From: Bugula neritina
Lineage: Eukaryota > Animalia > Bryozoa
Reading direction: 5' to 3'
Assembly: GCA_964035545.1 (NCBI GenBank)
Contig: OZ037769.1
Coordinates: 2,480,001-2,544,000, forward strand
DNA length: 64,000 nucleotides
The notes under the pieces are model-generated. The model was not told the origin of the DNA, made no database searches, and saw only the letters and a program-made list of their open reading frames with translations. Made by a program: the position numbers and the translations under genes. The stretch's first letter is position 1. Each line of letters begins with the position of its first letter. Positions 55,300-64,000 of this stretch are shown here, piece by piece.

Positions 55300-55462
55300 C
55301 TATTACTTTGTTTATTACCACTGTACTACTGCTTGTATTACTATATTACTGCTTATATTACTGTATTACTGCCCATATTACTATATTGATGTCTATATTA
55401 CTATATTACTGCTTGTATTACTACTATATTACTGCCTATATTATTACTGTATTACTGCCTAT
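55300..55462. repeat. Degenerate TATTACTATATTACTGC repeat
   Basis: Ends about 35 nt before the 55498 acceptor. Confidence 0.85.
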
Positions 55463-55497
55463 GTTGGTGTATACTATGCGGCTCTGTGATTGTTAAG

Positions 55498-55615
55498 GTG
55501 CCGTAGCATCAGATGAGGTAAAGCTGAGGCTGAGAGCCACATTGATGAATAAACAAAGAAGAACAAACGTGCACAACCAATCTCAGGGAGATATCAGTGA
55601 CTCCGTCAACCGCTG
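55498..55615 (+). CDS. HDAC4: Class IIa HDAC exon, MEF2-binding motif
   Basis: (S)AVASDEVKLRLRATLMNKQRR versus HDAC4 [20 protein letters not shown]; AAG acceptor; donor TG|GTTGGT; phase 1-2. Confidence 0.93.
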
Positions 55616-56426
55616 GTTGGTCTCCCTTTCATTTGTCTGTACTGTGGTTAATTTTGTAACAATATATATAACTATGCGTAATCATAATTTTGTTTTCTAC
55701 ATAGCGTTTTCTTACAACGAATCAAAATATGGGACGATATTGATTTTTCGCATTTCTTGTTTATATCTGGCGTGATTCAGCCCCTTCAATCTGCCGTGGT
55801 AGATATTTTTAGCATTGGCAGATGCAAAAGGCCTTTGTTGATACCAAACCTTGCTTTGCCCGTACATTTCAATATCCTCAGGGCATGAGATATTTATTCA
55901 TATTGCAGTCATTAGCACTTCAATGTTGTCTAACATTTCTGGCAGTTGTGTATGATTTTATTTCACATCACTTTGTGTACAGTTTTTAATAGCATTCAAA
56001 TGGTACCTGGGGGAGCGCCAAGATAGAGTGCTAATCACCCTATTAGTCGATTCTATTTTAGGCCCACTTGTGTTAGTGTAGGCTAGTTGATGGAGTTTGC
56101 CTAAGCATCTAGCTTCCATGTTTATCATGGAGTAGGATTAAAATAACCTTGTACACTCTTTCAGATGTTATTTGTGTAACTAATTACTATTAGCTGCCCA
56201 CACAGCCTTGCCTGTTCTCAATTCATTGAACTTACTTTGAACTGACTACTTGTTAGCTGAAATAGTACTCTCGGTTTGTTTGTTAATTGTTTTTGCAACG
56301 TGGCCTGTTTCTTATCTAATCTTTTCTTATACTTTAAATATGTGTAATTCTTGTTATTTCGTTGCATGCGTTTTTGTGGAGATGTAGAGAGAAAGTCACG
56401 TGACTTGTCTGCCCCTGTACTTGTAG

Positions 56427-56536
56427 GAGTCGGTCCCAGTCTAGCACGAGTCCCCCATCTGCTCATCCTACTTTCAGCTCCAGTATTTCTCCTCCATCCA
56501 CTTACCCCAGTGCTGGAGCTTTCTCTCACACACATG
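56427..56536 (+). CDS. HDAC4: Class IIa HDAC exon, Ser/Pro-rich
   Basis: Acceptor TTGTAG; (W)SRSQSSTSPPSAHPTFSSSISPPSTYPSAGAFSHTH; donor G|GTACGT; phase 2-1 matches both neighbours. Confidence 0.85.
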
Positions 56537-56628
56537 GTACGTACGTCACTTTATACACACTGTAACCCAACTGTGCTGAGAGGAAGTGATGTCATATCTC
56601 ACTGTATCCTGTCTCTCTGTCTGAGCAG

Positions 56629-56784
56629 GTAAGGATATAGAGTTCCCCATAAGGAAGACGGCCTCCGAACCCAACCTCAAAGTCAAGTCCATGTTGAAAC
56701 AAAAGCTAAGTCAAGACAGACGAAATAGTCCATTGATGTCTAGGAGAAGACAGCTTGGCAAACTCTACCACAGTCAGCTCTCAG
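56629..56784 (+). CDS. HDAC4: Class IIa HDAC exon, first 14-3-3 site and NLS
   Basis: [40 protein letters not shown], matching HDAC4 [13 protein letters not shown] (S246) and RRSSPLLRRK; phase 1-1. Confidence 0.96.
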
Positions 56785-57282
56785 GTTAGATGTCCTTGTA
56801 CTGTCAGTTTACTCTCAGTATTTTATAAGAAACTCTGTTCATAGTTTCTGTGGAATATTTAATTTTTTATTAGTTTCTGCTAGTTCGACATTTACGGGTT
56901 CATCACGCCAAACTGTGGCAGAAAACTTCCCGTTGTTTACGCACTGAATAGATTATCAAAACCTCCCCCTTCTGTATCCACTCTTTTTTCATGCTCAAAA
57001 TCCTTACTTTTTGTGGTGCTTTTTCAACAATGTCCTTTGCTTGAAATAATGGTAGTCGTTTTGGCTTTGCTCCCATTTTTCATTTTCCTTTCTGTTAGTT
57101 CAGTAACTGGAATTGATAGGAGATGGATGCGTCTACACTGAAACAAGATGTAATATTTTAAAATTCTGCCCCTTTGATGTGATATATGTTGGGAATGTCA
57201 GGCTATATTAATTGCTAATTCAATCAATAATACATGATTTTATGTTGGTCGTATTGGCAATTATTTCCCCTTTTGGTTTTAG

Positions 57283-57407
57283 TTGAAACGGGTCCAGTGA
57301 ACGGTGCAGACCCCTCCTCATCGTCCCCACCCGTTCCTCTCAACCTTGGATCCACGCCAGCCATTTCTAAAGAAGTACAGAAAGCTGCCACCAAAAGATC
57401 CTTTGAG
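57283..57407 (+). CDS. HDAC4: Class IIa HDAC exon
   Basis: Acceptor TTTTAG; ETGPVNGADPSSSSPPVPLNLGSTPAISKEVQKAATKRSFE; donor GTCAGT; phase 1-0. Confidence 0.85.
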
Positions 57408-57594
57408 GTCAGTCGAAGTTTAAATTATTCACTCCTTCCGCTTCCTTATTACCAGCATTAGAGTGTTGGTGTGAAATGCTGCTTCTAATTTTACTTCTAG
57501 TAACTTTTCTTTAAATTACCAAATGGCAGTTCACTCAGTCAGGAGATCTTGAGTTGTTCTGTATCTTGTATTTTACAGCTACGTTGATGGATAT

Positions 57595-57972
57595 AGTAGC
57601 TTAGACTTAGGACTCTTACCCACAGTAGCTTAGACTTAGGACTCTTACCCACAGTAGCTTAGACTTAGGACTCTTACCCACAGTAGCTTAGACTTAGGAC
57701 TCTTACCCACAGTAGCTTAGACTTAGGACTCTTACCCACAGTAGCTTAGACTTAGGGCTCTTACCCACAGTAGCTTAGACTCAGGGCTCTTACCCACAGT
57801 AGCTTAGACTTAGAGCTCTTACCCACAGTAGCTTAGACTTAGGGCTCTTACCCACAGTAGCTTAGACTTAGGGCTCTTACCCACAGTAGCTTAGACTTAG
57901 GACTCTTACCCACAGTAGCTTAGACTTAGGACTCTTACCCACAGTAGCTTAGACTTAGGGCTCTTACCCACA
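57595..57972. repeat. 29-bp intronic minisatellite AGTAGCTTAGACTTAGGACTCTTACCCAC
   Basis: About 13 near-identical copies. Confidence 0.97.
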
Positions 57973-58404
57973 ACTTTGGTAGCTTGCCTCTGCTTTGATT
58001 TTTCTTACTTGCCAAGTTCGACTTTTATTTTGATTGATGTTAGCCTCAGAAACACTAACTCTACTACACACAGTTGCGTACAATCACACTCTATAAAGTT
58101 AACCTGGTTTCCTTACTGGCTGTGAGATAGCTTAGGGGTGTAGGGCAGTGGCAAACATTAGCTGTACTTACTACTCCAGTCGTTGTGGTTTCACTGCCTG
58201 CATTCACGTCAGAGAGATATAAATAGCTCTACAGTTTATAAGGTTATCATATTTGAAATGTCTAACAATAAGAGATTCTAATTATATGTAAATACAAGCA
58301 TTTCTGTTCCAGTTCAAATCCTTAGAATATTAAATGCCCTTGAAATTATAATTGAGATCTAGATTTACATGAGCTTGCAGTGTTATTATACATGCTGTGG
58401 TTCC

Positions 58405-58475
58405 TTTACAACCCCTGTACAGTAAGTACCCTTACACCCCTGTACAGTACCCTTACACCCCTGTACAGTACCCTA
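58405..58475. repeat. 21-bp repeat CCTTACACCCCTGTACAGTAC
   Basis: About 3 copies. Confidence 0.8.
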
Positions 58476-58729
58476 TCTCCACAAACTCTGCTAACTGGTA
58501 GTTTGACTTTGTGATATCCAAGATTGTCATCGTATTGGCAACATTTCAACACTAAATGCTTGGCAAGCCTTTATCTACACACTGAAGCTGTCTAGTTGAC
58601 AATTGCCAATCCAACAATCAACAATTTACAGTAAAAAATGTTCTCCGCATTCATTGATGTGCATTCCTCGTAATACGTAGAAATGTTCACGATGGAGTAG
58701 GTGCAGGCTGCAAGTTGTTTGTGTTGCAG

Positions 58730-58813
58730 GAGGCCAACCGACCTAAGCTGCCAGATAATGTGTACATCTCGATGCCAAATATATCTCTTGGCAAGGCACA
58801 GAACTCTCAGCCG
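58730..58813 (+). CDS. HDAC4: Class IIa HDAC exon, SxPNIxLG motif
   Basis: EANRPKLPDNVYISMPNISLGKAQNSQP versus HDAC4 YTSPSLPNITLG; phase 0-0. Confidence 0.9.
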
Positions 58814-58950
58814 GTAGGTTCAGGATTAAACTTCTTTAGAAGAGTTTCAGATAAATCTTGTAAGCGTCAGTGGTTGAATATAACTATAAGAGTTATTGCC
58901 GGTGTTTCTATTCCATCTGTCTCCTAATATCTCGTTTGGTCGTGTTGCAG

Positions 58951-59056
58951 AACAAAACCCTGACGGAGGCGGAGATCCGGGCTAAGCAAGCTCACCAGTA
59001 CGGCCTGCCTTTGACGGGACACATTTACTCTTCGCCATTCCAGAGGTCATTGGCAG
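58951..59056 (+). CDS. HDAC4: Class IIa HDAC exon
   Basis: NKTLTEAEIRAKQAHQYGLPLTGHIYSSPFQRSLA; TTGCAG acceptor, CAG|GTGAAG donor; phase 0-1. Confidence 0.88.
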
Positions 59057-59078
59057 GTGAAGAGATTATTGAATTGAA

Positions 59079-59503
59079 CATAGCATATATATTACTGTGT
59101 ATAGCATATATATAACTGTGTATAGCATATATATTACTGTGTATAGCATATATATTACTGTGTATAGCATATATATTACTGTGTATAGCATATATATTAC
59201 TGTGTATAGCATATATATTACTGTGTATAGCATATATATTACTGTGTATAGCATATATATTACTGTGTATAGCATATATATTACTGTGTATAGCATATAT
59301 ATTACTGTGTATAGCATATATATTACTGTGTATAGCATATATATTACTGTGTATAGCATATATATTACTGTGTATAGCAAATATATAACTGTGTATAGCA
59401 TATATTTTACTGTGTATAGCATATATATTACTGTGTCTAGCATATATATTACTGTGTATAGCATACATATTACTGTTGTATATATTACTGTCGTATATAT
59501 TAC
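59079..59503. repeat. 21-bp minisatellite TATAGCATATATATTACTGTG
   Basis: About 20 copies filling almost all of the 461-nt intron 59057-59517. Confidence 0.97.
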
Positions 59504-59517
59504 CATGGATCATTCAG

Positions 59518-59645
59518 GCATGACGGAAGAGGAATATGTACACAGCTTATCTGCCCTCACGGCCATGCACGACGTAAGACGCCTCGCCCACCCGTACCTC
59601 AGTAAACCCCCCAACCTCAACGCCTCTCTGGACCAACAGACACTG
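59518..59645 (+). CDS. HDAC4: Class IIa HDAC exon
   Basis: (G)MTEEEYVHSLSALTAMHDVRRLAHPYLSKPPNLNASLDQQTL; donor GTTAGT; phase 1-0. Confidence 0.85.
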
Positions 59646-60404
59646 GTTAGTTCCTCGTGCACTTGTTTTGAGAGTCAACTTGACCTTTATCGGTGACCTC
59701 TGTCGGCAGCCATCTTGTGACGTGTGTTCAACACACGCTTATCTTTCAACTGTGTGAAGTGTGTTTATTTTAGTATCAGCTAATGTGAACATACATTATT
59801 ATTATTATTCCAGTTAATGTAATCTTCTTATCAGTATAGTGAATAATGGCAGTAGAAAGCCTGTTGATGGTGTGTGCCAGTGCTTTACACTGCTCTAATC
59901 TGCTAATATTAGCTCCAACTAACATGGAGTGAAAATACTCTTAAAGGTTAAAAATGGAATGGTTTAATTACATGATTAATGTGGGCAACAATATACATCA
60001 AAGGGCTAATGCATTGCAAACTCTCCCATCAACAACCTCTGATCTGTGCGGTTGTTTGCTTCAAACAGAATAACACCAGTTGAATTCACCAGCGTATAAA
60101 TGTCACACATCAATCACTGGCTGAGTGTGCTGTACCCTTGATGAGGAACTGTTATGTAATTGTTTATATACAGAAATATATTTGTAATGAGTGGGTTTCA
60201 CAATGCAGCCAGTCATGGAATAAATGAAAATTGTTTTTCAGTTGCACATGAATTCGTCAAAGTAGAGAATATCTTATAAAGAATATTTCAATTTTGCAGC
60301 TATTCAGGGAGGGGGGCTGACTTTGCCTAAAATTTATTCTAGAGAACCGAAGCTACTTGCCGCACACAATAATTTCAGTGACTGCAATTAATATTATTGT
60401 GTTA

Positions 60405-60598
60405 GATAATATAGTACCACATTATATAACTACATAATATAATACCACATTGTATAACTACATAATATAATACCACATTGTAGAACTACATAATATAATA
60501 CCACATTGTATAACTACATAATATAATACCACATTGTAGAACTACATAATATAATACCACATTGTAGAACTACATAATATAATACCACATTGTAGAAC
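60405..60598. repeat. 28-bp minisatellite containing the 3' splice site
   Basis: About 7 copies of AACTACATAATATAATACCACATTGTA(G/T). Confidence 0.96.
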
Positions 60599-60787
60599 GC
60601 ACAAAGACACATGAGACACCAGAAGCCTTTGTCCCGGACCCAGTCACTCCCACTTCCTGTTATGCGGCCGGAAGCCGCTGCCTCCATCCTGCTGCCTCAG
60701 CAGCAGGCTCTGCTGGAGCACCAGGAGTTGGTGAAGCAGCACCAGGACCAGCTGAACAAGCAGCATCAGAAGAAGATGGTGCTCGGG
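60596..60787 (+). CDS. HDAC4: Class IIa HDAC exon, second 14-3-3 site
   Basis: NAQRHMRHQKPLSRTQSLPLP (HDAC4 RPLGRTQSAPLP, S467) plus a Gln-rich stretch; donor GTGAGT; phase 0-0. Confidence 0.93.
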
Positions 60788-61202
60788 GTGAGTGACCTTT
60801 GCATGACATTGAGTTGCGGCAGCGTTGTGGTTGAGGCAGCAGATAGCGTGCATGTTACTTGTGGTTTGCTAGTTTCTGGTTTACATAAGGATAGTTTTGA
60901 GGACAGTGCATTGTGGGAACATGCATCAGCTTAGCCGCAAATAAAACATCTTTAATCTAGATTAAATTAGATTAAACTCCGAGTATTATGATGTGTGATT
61001 CATCAACTTTTTCTCTAGGAAGTAGCTTATTCTACTTTGAAGAAAATTTAATTGAAACTCATGTTTTGTTAATCGTATTCAGTATGCATTGTGATGAGCG
61101 ATTATTAATCTGTAGACACTCTTCTTGCCTCCTAAACGGAAGATTTCCTTGTTCTCATTTCCTTGTGTTAGGCTGTCTATGGTCAATACTAATTGTTTGT
61201 AG

Positions 61203-61286
61203 CAATTGCGGCAGTTCTTACAGCGCAGCTCTAGCAAGTCCCACATGGAGCAGGTGGACGAGGAATCTGAGGCTAGAATTATTCAG
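61203..61286 (+). CDS. HDAC4: Class IIa HDAC exon
   Basis: TTTGTAG acceptor; QLRQFLQRSSSKSHMEQVDEESEARIIQ; donor CAG|GTACGC; phase 0-0. An in-frame alternative acceptor exists at 61223. Confidence 0.83.
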
Positions 61287-61484
61287 GTACGCTGACCCAA
61301 ACTGTGGCTGCTTTGATAGCTGCCGTGTAAATATGCTGACATCTGTTGCAATACCTTCCAGTGTAAATACTAAGTCAAAGGTGTTTGTTTCTGTCCCTTG
61401 GTTCTCGTACCATAGCCTGAATATCCTCACATTATCTTCTATCTACCGTGTTGTTTACTTTTCTACTTCCTAATTATTCCTGCA

Positions 61485-62018
61485 CTACTCTACTCCATAC
61501 TACTCTACTCTACTCTACTCTATACTACTCTACACTACTCTACTCTATACTACTCTACTCTACTCTATACTACTCTACTCTATACTACTCTACTCTACTC
61601 TTCTCTATACTACTCTACTCTATACTACTCTACTCTATACTACTCTACTCTATACTACTCTACTCTACTCTACTCTATACTTCTCTACTCTATACTACTC
61701 TACTCTACTCTATACTACTCTACTCTATACTACTCTACTCTACTCTATACTACTCTACTCTATACTACTCTACTCTATACTACTCTATACTACTCTACTC
61801 TATACTACTCTACTCTATACTACTCTACTCTACTCTATACTACTCTACTCTATACTACTCTACTCTATACTACTCTACTCTACTCTACTCTACTCTATAC
61901 TACTCTACTCTGTACTACTCTACTCTATACTACTCTACTCTATACTACTCTACTCTATACTACTCTACTCTATACTACTCTACTCTATACTACTCTACTC
62001 TATACTACTCTACTCTAT
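61485..62018. repeat. (TACTC)n pentamer-based satellite with 13/18-bp higher units
   Basis: Directly visible, intronic. Confidence 0.97.
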
Positions 62019-62483
62019 AGTACTGCGGGGACACACTATGAGTGATGTGTACACTCTCTGGTACCTGCAGCTACTCCTCACCAACCATCACCTGGTACAA
62101 GATTTAATTGCCTCGTCTACTAAATTAAGGGAAAGTCTCAAATGATGAATCAGCCGCCTTCGTTTCGCCTTTTATCTTGTAGAATTAAAATACTGCTAGT
62201 TTCAATAAATATTCCAAGTCTCTTGGAGTTAGTTAGGAGTAATCTACCACACCTCAGTACACTAGTACCCGTGTGAAGGAAACTACACTTCAACTCATGT
62301 ACTTTTATCTTCCATGAAGTTTTGTTTCCAGCCTTTTCCTCAAACATGCAATTTTATCAAGGGGTCTTTCTCCTGTAACATGGTGCTGGTCATCTGATGT
62401 TAAGCGTGTGCTCATTGGTTAACCTTTTACGTCATCTCATTGGTCAGCCTTTCAGACGAGTATGACAATGTGTCTCTCTGTAG

Positions 62484-62616
62484 GAGATGCAGGAGTCGAG
62501 GGAAGACTACCACGAATCTCAGCAGCAACAGCGTTCTGTCCACTCCTCCCACGGATCACTCTATGCTGCCACCCACGCTGCCTCTGCCTCCAAGTCCAAT
62601 GGCTCCAGTTCCAACT
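62484..62616 (+). CDS. HDAC4: Class IIa HDAC exon
   Basis: CTCTGTAG acceptor; EMQESREDYHESQQQQRSVHSSHGSLYAATHAASASKSNGSSSN; donor T|GTAAGT; phase 0-1. This is a different frame from the ORF track. Confidence 0.8.
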
Positions 62617-62983
62617 GTAAGTTTTAGTCTAGTCTTGGTGACGCCCCCTCTCCCTCCCCTCCCCCTCCGGTGTTGGTTGTATGCGACTACCTAACACTGG
62701 GCTATCAATCTTCAGCTCAATTCATCCTCAGACAAGAGGTTTTAATGTAACATGAATGTGGCAATAAGATTCAGTCTAAAAATAGTGAATCAGTAAGCTC
62801 ACATTTTGTAGCTGAGATGTTTAATAGTTGTGCTTAGTAAAACTTGTTTAGCCTGAAACTCTACACCTCTCATTTAGTCTCATGTAGGTGCTCTGCTATT
62901 TTTGTTTAATTAAATCATTGTTACATAATGCTGCCGTGAGAGTTTGAGATTTGGTTGAGAAATTTCTGCCTTGAAACTTGCAG

Positions 62984-63249
62984 CTGGCAGCACCAATACC
63001 CCGCCAACGGCTAGTCAGACTAAGAAGCAGGTGATGCGAAACCTGGCCCGCACCCACTCTAGTCCCCACGTCTCATTCGCTCCTCTTCCCGCTGCCTCAG
63101 TTGATGCCGAGACGCCCATCAACTTGGCCACCAAAACTGTGGTTGAGGACGCGGAGGCTACGGGGGTTGTATATGATGAGAGCATGCTCAGACACCACTG
63201 TCCCTGTCAGGACAACGCAGTGCATCTGGAGAACCCTAGCAGAATACAG
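62984..63249 (+). CDS. HDAC4: Class IIa HDAC exon, third 14-3-3 site and start of the deacetylase domain
   Basis: RNLARTHSSP (HDAC4 RAQSSP, S632); TGVVYDESMLRHHCPCQDNAVHLENPSRIQ with the CxC..H ligands of the class IIa structural zinc site; donor CAG|GTGAGT. Confidence 0.96.
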
Positions 63250-63264
63250 GTGAGTTTGTCTCTC

Positions 63265-63445
63265 CTACTTACTAATGTCATTATATTACTTACTTCTATC
63301 ATATTGCTTACTTCTATCAATATATTGCTTACTTCTGTCAATATATTACTTACTTCTATCAATATATTACTTACTTCTATCATTATATTACTTACTTCTA
63401 TCATTATATTACTTACTTCTATCATTATATTACTTACTTCTATTA
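63265..63445. repeat. 21-bp minisatellite TTACTTACTTCTATCATTATA
   Basis: About 8-9 copies filling intron 63250-63456. Confidence 0.95.
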
Positions 63446-63456
63446 CTGTATTGCAG

Positions 63457-63607
63457 AGCATATGGAGCCGGCTGAAGTCCTGTGGTCTGGTAGACAGATG
63501 TAAGAAAGTGGACTGTCGGAAAGCCACGATAGAGCAACTCCAACTTTGTCACTCAGAAAGTTATTCTATATTCTTCGGAGTCAATTTACAGAACAGACAG
63601 AAGTTAG
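63457..63607 (+). CDS. HDAC4: Class IIa HDAC exon, deacetylase domain
   Basis: SIWSRLKSCGLVDRCKKVDCRKATIEQLQLCHSESYSIFFGVNLQNRQKL; phase 0-1. Confidence 0.96.
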
Positions 63608-63659
63608 GTGAGTTGCCTGCCCCACAATGCATTGCCTTTACCCAGAATCCTCTGCTGTC

Positions 63660-63712
63660 ACGTAGCTACGGGACTGTTGCGTAGCTACGTGACTGTTGCG
63701 TAGCTACGTGAC
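63660..63712. repeat. 19-bp repeat containing the palindrome CGTAGCTACG
   Basis: About 2.7 copies in a 137-nt intron. Confidence 0.85.
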
Positions 63713-63744
63713 ACAGTCACACTGTGAGGTTGTTTCTGTCGCAG

Positions 63745-63961
63745 GTCTCACCATGCCAGAGCTCCAATTCCAGAGGCTGTCTTGTGGTGGCATCGGTGTG
63801 GATGCTGACACTGTGTGGAACGAGGAGACGTCGCCTTTGGCAGCGCGTATGGCTGTTGGCGGCGTCGTCGAACTCTCCTCCCGCGTCTACGAGTCTCAAC
63901 TGAAGAATGGTATTGCCATAGTACGTCCACCTGGCCATCACAGTGAGAGCGGCCAAGCTAT
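63745..63961 (+). CDS. HDAC4: Class IIa HDAC exon with catalytic His pair; gene continues beyond the window
   Basis: [16 protein letters not shown]...[20 protein letters not shown](M); donor AT|GTGAGT, phase 2. Confidence 0.97.
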
Positions 63962-64000
63962 GTGAGTCGAGTTTATAAGTATCCCATAATTCCTCACTCA

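Noticed and set aside
57595-57972. CRISPR-like array (also considered for the 52-bp and 28-bp arrays)
   Set aside because: Head-to-tail units with no unique spacers, no cas genes, and a eukaryotic genomic context.
59025-62020. Long repetitive ORFs at 59025-59696 and 61448-62020
   Set aside because: Intronic minisatellite translations; only 59518-59645 is a plausible exon.

Overview
AT-rich animal (invertebrate) genomic DNA with two divergently oriented genes. (1) A complete three-exon Emx/empty-spiracles homeobox gene on the minus strand (CDS 4721..4331, 3790..3609, 3420..3247; 248 aa). (2) The 5' part of a class IIa histone deacetylase gene (HDAC4/5/7/9 family) on the plus strand. I assembled 16 well-supported, phase-compatible exons from 52400 to 63961 plus candidate upstream exons at about 42.8-42.9, 45.9 and 52.0 kb; the gene runs off the right edge inside the deacetylase domain. 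The roughly 38 kb between the genes has no recognisable coding sequence. It carries minisatellites, a MITE, a tRNA-derived SINE relic and candidate enhancers. Most notable observations: tandem repeats that contain and multiply HDAC splice sites (one array offers three extra acceptors that each read N-Y-I-I-stop); an AG|GTAAG recursive-splice-like junction on the 14-3-3/NLS exon; recurrent MEF2 sites, three times paired with CAGGTCACG around the HDAC 5' end (possible MEF2-HDAC feedback loop); 6-bp-periodic DNA flanking the putative promoter; and loss of the conserved YPW tryptophan in Emx. All exon models and motif counts were read by eye and need transcript confirmation.
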